Shown here piece by piece: positions 7,410-16,239 of a DNA stretch of 35,472 bases (the first letter of the stretch is position 1; the number at the start of each line of letters is the position of its first letter). The position numbers were made by a program, and so were the translations under genes. Source of the stretch: a virus; the IMG/VR virus record IMGVR_UViG_3300028008_000050. The stretch is one strand, 5' to 3'. The notes under the pieces are model-generated. The model made no database searches. It had not been told where the DNA came from and saw nothing but the letters and a program-made list of their open reading frames with translations.

Positions 7410-8548
7410 GATTTAACGAAATAATAAACGAAGCAGAAGCTCGAATACAACATGCTGAAGACTTAATCTTCTTCCATGGTAGTGCAGGTGCCAAACGTGC
7501 ATTGGATTCAATTGCCAGCATGGGTACAGGAGGACATACTAATGCAACAATTAAATGGGATGGATCTCCCGCAGTCATTTTTGGCCGCGATGAAAATGGA
7601 GAGTTCATACTTACAGACAAGTCAGGCTTTGGTGCAAAAGGATACGACGGCAAATCAAAAAGTGCTGATGACCTTGAGCAAATGTTCCTCAACCGTAGTG
7701 GTGGAAAGAACAGAGATAAACCAGGCTATGTAGCATTCGCAGGTAGAATGAAAGCTCTGTTTCCTATTGCAGAAAAAGCTGTTCCAATTGAACACAGAGG
7801 ATTCTTTAAAGGCGACATGCTTTACTTTGATACACCAACTAACAACAAAGGCGTATTACAGTTTACTCCTAACACAGTAACTTACACAGTACAAGCAGAC
7901 AGCGATGTAGGTAAGAAGATACTAGCAAGTCAAGCTGGTGTAGTTATTCACAGAGTAGTAGATGCGGCAGGTGCTGAAAGTCCTTTAAAAGATTACGACA
8001 TGTTCCAAGGATCAAAACTATTAGTGTTACCTCCAGTAGTTGCACAAACGGCTCCAGAGGTTGACCTAACTAAACTAAAAAGTTTACAAGGTGTTGTTGC
8101 TAAGAATGGTCCTGCTATTGATAGTCTGTTAGACACAGCTACATTACAGCAAATGCAAGTTAGTGACTTTGCACAAATACTTTATGCTTATACAAATAGT
8201 AAAGTAGACTCAGGATTAGCCAACTTAGGTAAAGACTTTGTACAATGGTTAACAACTAGCAAAGTATCTAAGAAGAAACAAGCAAAAATTATTGAGTATA
8301 TTAAAACGCACATGAAGGCGTTTCAGGCAATGTGGCAAACTGTTTCAGGGATAATGGAAGTCAAGGACGATATTATTACACAAATGGAAAGCAAACAAAC
8401 AGACATTAAGGCATCTATCGCAGGGAAGCCAGGTGGCGAGGGCTATGTATTAGCCAACCCAGGCGGCGATATTAAATTAGTAAACCGCTCTGAATTTAGT
8501 AAAGCTAACAGAGCAATTAAACGGGAGAGTAAACATGAAAGCATCTGA
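7406..8548 (+). CDS. KxDG covalent-nucleotidyltransferase/ligase-like protein
   Basis: IKWDGSPAVIFGRD resembles ligase motif I (KxDG); HRGFFKGDMLYF and AGVVIHRV resemble downstream ligase motifs. Confidence 0.55.
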   Translation: MRFNEIINEAEARIQHAEDLIFFHGSAGAKRALDSIASMGTGGHTNATIKWDGSPAVIFGRDENGEFILTDKSGFGAKGYDGKSKSADDLEQMFLNRSGGKNRDKPGYVAFAGRMKALFPIAEKAVPIEHRGFFKGDMLYFDTPTNNKGVLQFTPNTVTYTVQADSDVGKKILASQAGVVIHRVVDAAGAESPLKDYDMFQGSKLLVLPPVVAQTAPEVDLTKLKSLQGVVAKNGPAIDSLLDTATLQQMQVSDFAQILYAYTNSKVDSGLANLGKDFVQWLTTSKVSKKKQAKIIEYIKTHMKAFQAMWQTVSGIMEVKDDIITQMESKQTDIKASIAGKPGGEGYVLANPGGDIKLVNRSEFSKANRAIKRESKHESI

Positions 8549-8942
8549 TTTTGATAGCGACTTCGCCGACATGAAAAAAGGGTTTGACCCAGCGGACGAT
8601 GATAATGCAGATATGGATAAAGAATTTAAGCAAATGCCAATGATTACACAGATTGGTAAGATTTTAGATTCAAGAGGTAACCCTAATCCAGTTACACATT
8701 TAACAAGTGAAACTGGCAAGAAATACAAAGCTAGTGTTACACATGCACAAACACTTAAAATGATGTTAACAACTGATGCAGTTAAGCCTGCAATCAAACG
8801 TGAGTTTACATTAGACATTGCACAAGACGAACTGTTAGGTAAAATGTTAAGTGCTAAGAGTCAAGAAGAAATGGTCAACATCTTTAAAGACAAGTATATG
8901 AAAGATGGTGGCAACACAGAACGCAGAAGTAATTACGCATAA
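8535..8942 (+). CDS. Hypothetical phage protein
   Basis: Complete ORF overlapping both neighbours; MKASDFDSDFADMKKGFDPADDDNADMDK... Confidence 0.75.
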   Translation: MKASDFDSDFADMKKGFDPADDDNADMDKEFKQMPMITQIGKILDSRGNPNPVTHLTSETGKKYKASVTHAQTLKMMLTTDAVKPAIKREFTLDIAQDELLGKMLSAKSQEEMVNIFKDKYMKDGGNTERRSNYA

Positions 8943-9814
8943 TGGAACTTAACTTTTTAACAGAACTACACGAAGCGAGGATGACTCGCAACACGTCTGA
9001 TAACTCTAAATTAAGTTATACAGATTGTTGTGAGCGTCTTTACTTGATGACATTAGTGTTAGAACTGTTAAGAAAGTTTTCAGAGTTCAATGGTACCGTA
9101 GCAGGATACGCAACAAAGACTACACAGAATCAAAACTATAGACAGTTTAGGATGCATGGCACTGATCTCTATAACTTAATATATTTTGTTAGTGGAGACG
9201 ATGATGCAATGATGAAACTCAAAGACTTTGAAAGTGCAAAGAAAGTTAGAGCTAGTACATTTTTACCTGTAATGGGATTAAACAGATGGCTAATAACTTT
9301 AAAAGGTACAAGCAAAACATCAGGCAGTGAAATGCTTATGTCAATTGAACGTGCTTGTAAAATTACTAATACTGATTACAAAACAATTAGACGAGCAGTA
9401 ACTAATTGGGATAGGCTTAGTGGCGCAGATAAAAAGAAATGGGTAACTAAACTATTACTTGCTTCAAGAGCTAAACTTCGTAACAGTGATATTATTATGT
9501 ACCTTGAAGAACTAGCAAGAAAAGCTAACCTTGAAGATACTAAAGTAAAAGACAACGAACCTACAGTAAGTAAGCCAGACATGGTTCCAACTACTGCACA
9601 AGACCTAGCACTATACAGATACATTGTTGGTGCAAAGAACGTAATGGGAACTAAAAAGTTTTTAGATGCGGCAAAGAAAGGTCAAAGTATGTCACCTGCA
9701 TTCGTTAAAGCATATCTACCAGCAGTAGAATTAATAGACGATATCGTAAAAGCAGGCCCAGGATACATACAAATGCTACGAGCATTGCAAAAAAGAGCTA
9801 AAAACAGCCGATAA
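8942..9814 (+). CDS. Hypothetical phage protein
   Basis: 290-aa ORF MELNFLTELHEARMTRNTSDNSKLSYTDCCERLY... overlapping the previous stop. Confidence 0.75.
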   Translation: MELNFLTELHEARMTRNTSDNSKLSYTDCCERLYLMTLVLELLRKFSEFNGTVAGYATKTTQNQNYRQFRMHGTDLYNLIYFVSGDDDAMMKLKDFESAKKVRASTFLPVMGLNRWLITLKGTSKTSGSEMLMSIERACKITNTDYKTIRRAVTNWDRLSGADKKKWVTKLLLASRAKLRNSDIIMYLEELARKANLEDTKVKDNEPTVSKPDMVPTTAQDLALYRYIVGAKNVMGTKKFLDAAKKGQSMSPAFVKAYLPAVELIDDIVKAGPGYIQMLRALQKRAKNSR

Positions 9815-9923
9815 TCCATCCATTTTCCTAAAACGGATAAATAAAAGTAACCACAATACACGAGAAAAAGTGTGTGGCCATTAGAGCCGAGGGAAACCTC
9901 ATTTATAACATAGGAGAAATAAA

Positions 9924-10262
9924 ATGGCTGGAGTAGCAAGAACAACTGGACTAGGACATGCACACGCAACGTTATATAGTACAGCAAATTTAGGATTTTA
10001 CGTAGTTGACGCAGGAGCTTCATTAGCGGCTGAAGGCGGAATTGGTAAAGCATTAGAACTAATTGCACAAGCAATTAACCCAATCGCAATGAACAGTGAA
10101 GGTACTGCTGGATTGTTAAACATTGTAGTTGACGACACACAGTGGGACGCGGCTTCTTTACAAGCGGCAATCAGACACTTAGGTGCGGCGGCTGGATCAG
10201 GCGACTATGACGCGACTGGTGCAACTGTAACTGCAGGTGGACAATTCATCGTAAGTGCATAA
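9924..10262 (+). CDS. Conserved phage protein, possibly structural
   Basis: MAGVARTTGLGHAHATLYSTANLGFYVVDAGASLAAEGG...; aggag SD; followed by its own terminator. Function not determinable from sequence. Confidence 0.75.
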   Translation: MAGVARTTGLGHAHATLYSTANLGFYVVDAGASLAAEGGIGKALELIAQAINPIAMNSEGTAGLLNIVVDDTQWDAASLQAAIRHLGAAAGSGDYDATGATVTAGGQFIVSA

Positions 10263-10291
10263 TAGTACTAACGTAAATTAAAACTTAGAAA

Positions 10292-10320
10292 GGGCTCAGT
10301 TTTTACTGGGCCCTTTTTTT
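10292..10320 (+). terminator. Rho-independent terminator
   Basis: gggctcag-tttttta-ctgggccc type hairpin (10292-10299/10306-10313) followed by ttttttt. Confidence 0.85.
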
Positions 10321-10338
10321 ATGGCCATAAATAGATGC

Positions 10339-10743
10339 ATGGACACATTCATCATTGAAACACTCGTAGACATAACCAATACTGGATTGAACAAGTTCAA
10401 AACTGAAGATCGTCATTTGATTAATCAACAGTCTAACTGGAATACAGCACAGCAAGTTATGAGTATGAGAGCAAACATATACTTTGATACAAAGCCCACA
10501 GTTGAAAAAAGAGATATTAAAGACTTTGGTACAGCGTTTAAGGGCAAACATAATGTATGGTCGTTTCGTTTTGATGTTGAACAAGAAGGTGCCCTAAGTG
10601 TTGATGCACTAAAAGATGACTTTGATTTAATACCAGTTATACCTGGTTTAGATAGCACAATTACTATAAATAATAGTGCGTTCAGAACAAAAGATTCAGA
10701 GCGTATTAATATTATTTTTAAAGTAGTAGATAAAGACGTATAA
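10339..10743 (+). CDS. Hypothetical phage protein, possibly structural
   Basis: MDTFIIETLVDITNTGLNKFKTEDRHLINQQ...; start at MDTF preferred over the 10321 Met, which sits at the terminator. Confidence 0.65.
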   Translation: MDTFIIETLVDITNTGLNKFKTEDRHLINQQSNWNTAQQVMSMRANIYFDTKPTVEKRDIKDFGTAFKGKHNVWSFRFDVEQEGALSVDALKDDFDLIPVIPGLDSTITINNSAFRTKDSERINIIFKVVDKDV

Positions 10744-10860
10744 ACTGCTAATAAATACTATAGTAAAAAGGCACATATAACATCTCGCATATAAACACAT
10801 TAGGCTAACAGAAAAGTTTACTAATCACCATTTGAGCAATGGGTTTAAAGGATAAAATAT

Positions 10861-11094
10861 ATGGCAACGCCGTTAGAAAAAAAGAACTTAGAAGCACACG
10901 TTGATTTGTGCGAACAACGATATATACGTTTAGAGTCACGTTTAGCCAGCGTTGAGGACAAGCTAGAGCATGTCCATAATGATATTACACATGGCAACAA
11001 AGCTATGTTTAAAGTTTTAATTGGTGCAACAGGAACCATTGTTGCAGGACTACTTAGTACTATTGTAGTCATACTAATGAACTTTACCAACTAA
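10861..11094 (+). CDS. Small coiled-coil protein with C-terminal TM segment
   Basis: MATPLEKKNLEAHVDLCEQRYIRLESRLASVEDKLEHVHNDITHGNKAMFKVLIGATGTIVAGLLSTIVVILMNFTN. Confidence 0.7.
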   Translation: MATPLEKKNLEAHVDLCEQRYIRLESRLASVEDKLEHVHNDITHGNKAMFKVLIGATGTIVAGLLSTIVVILMNFTN

Positions 11095-11128
11095 TTACAC
11101 TTCCCTACTTACATAGATAAATACACGT

Positions 11129-11413
11129 ATGCTGATACGTGAAGTCACATCAATAGACGAAAAACAAATTTGGGCACGTTCTGGAAAGAAAGTAGTCCGC
11201 AAGTACCGTTGTACCCAAGGTCCTCGTAAAGGACGTATAGTGAAGAAGATGTCGCAATGTTTTGCGGCACCTAATATTAAAGCAAGAATTAACATGAAAC
11301 GCTTACGAGCTAAGATAGGCGGCAAGATGATGCGTAAGGCTCGCAGAACTAAACGTGTTAATCCTGTTTCACGCAGAGTACAAGCGTTAAATAAAGCTGG
11401 ACGCAGAAGATGA
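11129..11413 (+). CDS. Small highly basic protein, copy 1 of a tandem paralogous pair
   Basis: KKVVRKYRCTQGPRKGRIVKKMSQC... shared with the next ORF. Confidence 0.75.
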   Translation: MLIREVTSIDEKQIWARSGKKVVRKYRCTQGPRKGRIVKKMSQCFAAPNIKARINMKRLRAKIGGKMMRKARRTKRVNPVSRRVQALNKAGRRR

Positions 11414-11739
11414 AGATAGCAGAGATTAAAGAAGGCGTTATCGGCATATGGGGCAAGACAAAAGGCAAGTTAGTACGTAAATACAGATGTACAAGCGGAA
11501 CACGTAAAGGGCGTATTGTTGCTAAGCCGGCAACATGTAACGCAACTAAAAGAGTTGGAAGTGCGTTAAATATTAAACGTGCTAAGGCTAAAAGAGGTAG
11601 TACAATGCAAGTCAGATCCTCTCGTACTAAACGTGCAAGTGGATTAAGTAAGAGAGTTGCTGGGGCAAATAAGCCACAGTCACAAGCAAGGTATAAAAAG
11701 CCTACAAGAAAAAAGAGTTTTAAAAAGAGATCTAAATAA
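11410..11739 (+). CDS. Small highly basic protein, copy 2 of a tandem paralogous pair
   Basis: GKLVRKYRCTSGTRKGRIVAKPATC...; Lys/Arg-rich tail. Confidence 0.75.
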   Translation: MKIAEIKEGVIGIWGKTKGKLVRKYRCTSGTRKGRIVAKPATCNATKRVGSALNIKRAKAKRGSTMQVRSSRTKRASGLSKRVAGANKPQSQARYKKPTRKKSFKKRSK

Positions 11740-12197
11740 TGAGAGCAGACGAGTTTACAAAACCAAAACAAGAACAACAGGTTGTTGAAGTAGTTCCGGC
11801 TATTGCGGCGGCAGTTGGTAGAGTCGGTGCTCAAATGGGTACAGCGGCCGCGAAGGCCGGTATGAAAGTTGCTACTGCTGGAATGAAAGCAGGTGCTAAA
11901 GCTGGAGCCAATCTAGCTAAAGGTGCAGGTAAAGCGGCAATGAAATCAATTGGCAAGGCACAGGCTAACATAACAAAGAGCATACTTAAAAAAGGTGCCA
12001 AGTTAGCAATGCCAACAGCAGGGCCAGGTGGCAAAGAACAAGAATTTGATATAGATGACGTCCAAGGCGATCAAGTCATCTTAAAGAATCCAAAACCAAA
12101 AGCAGGTGAACCACAGTCGTTTGTCTATAACAAAAAAGACTTAGACGATGTAGTAAAACAAAAAGCTGATGCAATAGCACAAATGGGTAAAAGTTAA
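11739..12197 (+). CDS. Ala/Gly/Lys-rich hypothetical protein
   Basis: AAAKAGMKVATAGMKAGAKAGANLAKGAGKAAMKSIGK followed by an acidic C-terminal domain. Confidence 0.7.
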   Translation: MRADEFTKPKQEQQVVEVVPAIAAAVGRVGAQMGTAAAKAGMKVATAGMKAGAKAGANLAKGAGKAAMKSIGKAQANITKSILKKGAKLAMPTAGPGGKEQEFDIDDVQGDQVILKNPKPKAGEPQSFVYNKKDLDDVVKQKADAIAQMGKS

Positions 12198-12412
12198 TGA
12201 AACTAAAACAAGTGCTAGAGGGATTTACAATACAAGTAAGCAATGAGGAACAGGAAATTCTAGATAGAATGACTCATATTACTCCTCTCAATGCTTTTCC
12301 TCAGAGGGAACAATTTATTATTGAGAATTTGATTAGAAAAGCGTTGGTAACAAAAGTTGCTAACAAAGGTATGACAATGGTGATCGCAAATGAACTCGAA
12401 ACGTATAATTGA
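12197..12412 (+). CDS. Hypothetical phage protein
   Basis: Short ORF overlapping the preceding stop. Confidence 0.6.
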   Translation: MKLKQVLEGFTIQVSNEEQEILDRMTHITPLNAFPQREQFIIENLIRKALVTKVANKGMTMVIANELETYN

Positions 12413-12818
12413 AGATTTAGATAGTATTATGGAAGAAGGCCTTAATAGGGTACATGTTCCATATGCAAAGGGTAAGAGTGTTCGTATAAAGAACACCGTG
12501 ATTAGACAGACGAAACAAGGATTTTTAGTGTTTGACGTAAAGACACATACAAGAATAGCAGAAACATTTAGTAAGCGTGGAGCCATTGCTTATGCAAAAG
12601 CTCGTGCTAAAGGATATGATGCAAAGTGTAGTGAAATACTAGATTTAGATGCAGGATTAAGCAAACATTACATGGATAGCTTGTTCCATAAGCATAGCAT
12701 TGAACAAACGAACGACGAAATGCGTAAAATGGCGTTAGAAACTAGGTTTGAGATAGCAAAAGACCGTACTTTTCAATATATGGACCAAATCGACAGGTTC
12801 ATCTTTAACGAAGAATGA
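12390..12818 (+). CDS. Hypothetical phage protein
   Basis: Complete ORF MNSKRIIEDLDSIMEEGLNRVHVPYAKGKSVRIKNTVIRQTKQGFLVFDVKTHTRIAETFSKRGAIAYAKARAKG... Confidence 0.7.
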   Translation: MNSKRIIEDLDSIMEEGLNRVHVPYAKGKSVRIKNTVIRQTKQGFLVFDVKTHTRIAETFSKRGAIAYAKARAKGYDAKCSEILDLDAGLSKHYMDSLFHKHSIEQTNDEMRKMALETRFEIAKDRTFQYMDQIDRFIFNEE

Positions 12819-12848
12819 TAAATAATATTAATGTAAGGAACAACTGAT

Positions 12849-13790
12849 ATGAAACTTAACGATTTGAAAAAACCTTTAACAGCTAATGCTTTAAATGAAA
12901 GCCTAGCTAAAACTTTTGGAACAAGAATTGCTCTTGATAAATTTACTGTGGAGCAACTAGAAGATGCACGTAATAAATTACGTACACAGCTAAGCCAAGT
13001 TGAAACAAGCGAACAGTTTGAAAGCGTACATTCAAGTGATACATATCAGAAAGCTAAAATGTTCCTAGACGTTATCAATCAAGAGATGCTTGAAAGAGAA
13101 ACTGCTAACGAAGCGAAACCAGACTTTTTAGATTTAGACAAAGACGGCGACAAGAAAGAGCCAATGAAGAAAGCCGCAAAAGAAAAAGGCGATTCAAAAG
13201 ATTCAGACTCAAAAGGCTTATCAGCAAAACAAAAGAAACTTCCAGCAGGTTTGCAAAAAGCTATTGCAGGCAAAAAGAAAACTAATGAAGGCGCAGAAGA
13301 AGCGGCCACTTTAGTTATGGCGGCCAAAGACATGGTAGACCGTGTTACAGGTTGGATGGAAGACACAGCAGAAATGCAAACAGAAAGTATGCTAGAACTA
13401 GGCGACAAAATTAGAGATGAGATGGGTTCAGAAGCATCTGAAACATTTATTGGAACTGTAAAACCAGCACTAGAAAATCTTTACACAGTATTTGAAACAA
13501 CCAGAGAAGCATTAACAGGTGGCGTAGCTATCGTAACAGGCGAAGGCGCTCCAGAGACTATGGGAACAGACGTTGAGGCTCCTGCAGAGGACCCAGCTAT
13601 GGAACCAACAGTTGACCAAGACGCCGATGCTGAAGCACCAGTAGATGATGAATTTGGAGCAAGTGAACCTGCAACAGGCGGAGAAGAAATTGCGGACAGA
13701 GGTAAACGAGAAAGTGTTTTACGCTCACGCAGACTAGCTCAGTTATTAACTGATTCAAAAAAAAAGGTAGTACCTCAAGCAAAAAAGTAG
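12849..13790 (+). CDS. Hypothetical phage protein (0-frame product of a putative frameshift gene)
   Basis: 313-aa ORF MKLNDLKKPLTANALNESLAKTFGTRIALDKFTVEQLEDARNKL...; ends ...SKKKVVPQAKK* just after a slippery sequence. Confidence 0.8.
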   Translation: MKLNDLKKPLTANALNESLAKTFGTRIALDKFTVEQLEDARNKLRTQLSQVETSEQFESVHSSDTYQKAKMFLDVINQEMLERETANEAKPDFLDLDKDGDKKEPMKKAAKEKGDSKDSDSKGLSAKQKKLPAGLQKAIAGKKKTNEGAEEAATLVMAAKDMVDRVTGWMEDTAEMQTESMLELGDKIRDEMGSEASETFIGTVKPALENLYTVFETTREALTGGVAIVTGEGAPETMGTDVEAPAEDPAMEPTVDQDADAEAPVDDEFGASEPATGGEEIADRGKRESVLRSRRLAQLLTDSKKKVVPQAKK

Positions 13791-14125
13791 CTGAGGCTTC
13801 CGATTCAGACACCAAGTCTTCCTTAATAAACGTATTTAGAAATGTGATAGGTAGTGCCGATACTCAAAATCAGCCTGCCTATCTTTCATTTGATGCAATG
13901 AACACTATCATGAAGAACTTAAAAAAGCCACAGTTTGATTACGATGGCTTCAAAAGAATTTATGATGAGAATCCAGAGATACAACCATTAGTTAAAAACT
14001 TTGATTCAAAAGGTATTACTCTTTACACAAAGAAAGAAGCACCTAGCGATGCACCAAAAGGTCAAAAGACTGACGGCGAAGTAGATAAAATGGCTCAACG
14101 TGCAACATCAAAAGCAACTGCATAA
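13754..14125 (+). CDS. -1 frame extension of the 12849 gene (putative frameshift product)
   Basis: -1 frame is open from after tga 13751-13753 and reads FKKKGSTSSKKVAEASDSDTKSSLINVFRNVIGSADTQNQPAYLSFDAMNTIMKNLKKPQ...TSKATA*. The only listed start (GTG 13844) has no visible SD. Confidence 0.6.
   Translation, partial: FKKKGSTSSKKVAEASDSDTKSSLINVFRNVIGSADTQNQPAYLSFDAMNTIMKNLKKPQFDYDGFKRIYDENPEIQPLVKNFDSKGITLYTKKEAPSDAPKGQKTDGEVDKMAQRATSKATA
13760..13796 (+). promoter_or_regulatory. Putative programmed -1 ribosomal frameshift signal
   Basis: Slippery A_AAA_AAG (13760-13766) in the 0 frame, 6-nt spacer, hairpin cctca(a)gc-aaaaaagta-gctgagg (13773-13796). Confidence 0.6.
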
Positions 14126-14134
14126 CAAAACCAC

Positions 14135-14163
14135 TTGACAACGTAGAACACTTCCTGTATACT
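14135..14163 (+). promoter_or_regulatory. Sigma70-like promoter TTGACA-17-TATACT
   Basis: Perfect -35, 17-nt spacer, upstream of the 14186 ORF. Confidence 0.75.
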
Positions 14164-14185
14164 ATATAATGTATAGGAGGAAACT

Positions 14186-14779
14186 ATGAATGAAGTATCT
14201 ATTGTACCTAATCTAGTTTGGAAATATAATTATAGTCCAGGCTTTGATGTACAAGCATTTAAAGACTACCAATCCACAGAAGCACAGTTACATCAAACAG
14301 AAGCTGATGGTGGCAAGAGTACGGCAGGTCATGCTAACCCTCCTCACGAATGGGAATGTAATAGAGATTTTATGATTTGGTTACGTCCAAAGATTGAAAT
14401 AGCTCTAGCTGAATGGGATATACAGTACACAGATATTATTGCTACAGGTAGTTGGACTAATTTACACAAACGAGATGCACATACATTACCACATGATCAT
14501 GGTAGTGCAAACGTAGTAGTGTCTGCATACGTACAAGTTCCACCACAAAGTGGTAACATAGAGTTTGAACAGTTACTAAGAACTAACTGGTCAGGTTATT
14601 CACGTATTCCTACTAACACAATACACGATTACTGGAAAGAAGTAAGTGTACAAACTAATGACGTTGTAATATTTCCGGGTTGGCTAACACACAAGACTCA
14701 AGCAAGTAACAGCGATGAAGATAGAATTACATTTACTATTAATACCAACGGCAGAGATAGGAACGATATACCACTATGA
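14186..14779 (+). CDS. Putative 2OG-Fe(II) oxygenase-like protein
   Basis: HKRDAHTLPHDHGSANVVVSAYVQVP...VVIFPGWLTHKTQASNSDEDRITFTINTN resembles the 2OG-FeII_Oxy_5 pattern. Confidence 0.65.
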   Translation: MNEVSIVPNLVWKYNYSPGFDVQAFKDYQSTEAQLHQTEADGGKSTAGHANPPHEWECNRDFMIWLRPKIEIALAEWDIQYTDIIATGSWTNLHKRDAHTLPHDHGSANVVVSAYVQVPPQSGNIEFEQLLRTNWSGYSRIPTNTIHDYWKEVSVQTNDVVIFPGWLTHKTQASNSDEDRITFTINTNGRDRNDIPL

Positions 14780-15537
14780 CACAACGTATGGACCTAGGCA
14801 CATTAATGAGTGCAAGTAATCAATGGATAGTAGATATTAGATGTCCTTTCCATGAACAGTTTTTACAGCTATTTGAAAATGACAAGTTTAGGGGTGAAGA
14901 CCAAAGCAAAGTTAAAACAACATTCAATGGTTACCAATATGATATTACTCCTCCTAACTTACCTGCATGGGGTGGCAAAGTTGTAAGGTCAGATAAGATG
15001 AATCCTGACACACCTGAACAACAAGGCTTTCCAAGCAGTAAACTTCTTAAAGAAACAAGATTTGAACCATCAGTACAGTCAAACTTTCCTCCTATAGACA
15101 AAGAAAAGTTTGATAACATTGATTGGAAACAACTAATGGAATGGGTAATGAAAGTTGTTAGACGCAACGGCATTCCTGTTAAAACTATTAAAGTAAGTAA
15201 GACTTGGTGTGTTGACTATAGTGATGGCGGATACCAAGCAATACACAATCACGGAAGTGCATGTATTAGTATGGTAATGGCTATGGATGAAACTCCTGTT
15301 AACGACAGTGACCATAAAACTATGTCACCTGACAACGGTATGCTTTACACACTAATGCCTAATCCAGATGGTACACAAGAATACAATCAATTTGCACCAT
15401 ATCCAGGTAGAACAGTTATTATGGATGGTAGAGTGTGGCACGGAGTTTATCCTTGTAAAGCACCAAGGCGTACATGGGTAGTTGACTTTGACTTTGATTA
15501 CTTTGCACCAGACGAGGAGTTTGATCCTAATGAGTGA
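14776..15537 (+). CDS. Putative 2OG-Fe(II) oxygenase-like (cupin-fold) protein
   Basis: YQAIHNHGSACISMVMAMD...PYPGRTVIMDGRVWHGVYPCKAPRRTWVVDFDFDYF; H..x..H plus late H and R. Confidence 0.55.
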   Translation: MTQRMDLGTLMSASNQWIVDIRCPFHEQFLQLFENDKFRGEDQSKVKTTFNGYQYDITPPNLPAWGGKVVRSDKMNPDTPEQQGFPSSKLLKETRFEPSVQSNFPPIDKEKFDNIDWKQLMEWVMKVVRRNGIPVKTIKVSKTWCVDYSDGGYQAIHNHGSACISMVMAMDETPVNDSDHKTMSPDNGMLYTLMPNPDGTQEYNQFAPYPGRTVIMDGRVWHGVYPCKAPRRTWVVDFDFDYFAPDEEFDPNE

Positions 15538-15697
15538 AACATGTGAAACATGTCGTATTGCAATCAGCGAGGACGGCATTGAAATAGATTCAAGTCAAGG
15601 TGATATTATATTAGAAGCAACAGTACTTGGTGGTATTGTAATTGTTATAGCATTATTATATGTAGGCAAGAAGTGGATAGACAGGAAATTTAAGTAA
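15530..15697 (+). CDS. Small protein with CxxC and one TM segment
   Basis: MSETCETCRIAISEDGIEIDSSQGDIILEATVLGGIVIVIALLYVGKKWIDRKFK; start overlaps the preceding stop. Confidence 0.6.
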   Translation: MSETCETCRIAISEDGIEIDSSQGDIILEATVLGGIVIVIALLYVGKKWIDRKFK

Positions 15698-16239
15698 TGG
15701 ATAAAGTATACACAGGATACAATCAAGCTGTAATTGAAACACACTATGACGGATGGTCTGTTGTACATCAACAAGCAAACAATCACGTTACAGAAGTTAA
15801 AGACTATCCTAGACGAATACAAAGTACTATTGATCCTAACTGTTTTGTAGGTATGGAAAACTGGGTTAGAGATAAAATGAATGAACATAACATACCCGTA
15901 AAGAAAGTAACAGTAGACGAAAGCTGGTTGCACAACTACAAACCACACGAGTATCAGAGTGTACATAATCATACAGGCAAACCTAATCTAATTAGTTTAG
16001 TAATGTATGCACAAGATTTAGAATTAGATCTACCAAACGATAATTCGGGTTCGTTATACACGATTATTGCAGAAAGAGATCTTACCCTTAGTATTAATGA
16101 GATAGTACCTACACCAGGTAAAACAGTACTAATGACAGGCAACGTTAATCATGGAACGTACCCTTACCACAACGTAAGGAGTGCATTGGTTATCAATTTT
16201 GTAACAGAATGGCTAGAGCCAGAGGAAGAAATTAAATGA
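15697..16239 (+). CDS. Putative 2OG-Fe(II) oxygenase-like (cupin-fold) protein
   Basis: YQSVHNHTGKPNLISLVMYAQD...PTPGKTVLMTGNVNHGTYPYHNVRSALVINFVTEW; parallels the 14776 ORF. Confidence 0.55.
   Translation: MDKVYTGYNQAVIETHYDGWSVVHQQANNHVTEVKDYPRRIQSTIDPNCFVGMENWVRDKMNEHNIPVKKVTVDESWLHNYKPHEYQSVHNHTGKPNLISLVMYAQDLELDLPNDNSGSLYTIIAERDLTLSINEIVPTPGKTVLMTGNVNHGTYPYHNVRSALVINFVTEWLEPEEEIK

Noticed and set aside
11739-12000. GCxGGx-rich stretch considered as a DNA repeat array
   Set aside because: It is an Ala/Gly/Lys-rich coding segment without regular DNA repeat units.
11358-12034. Antisense ORFs opposite the basic protein genes
   Set aside because: Hydrophobic Leu/Pro-rich products are the expected mirror of Lys/Ala-rich coding DNA.
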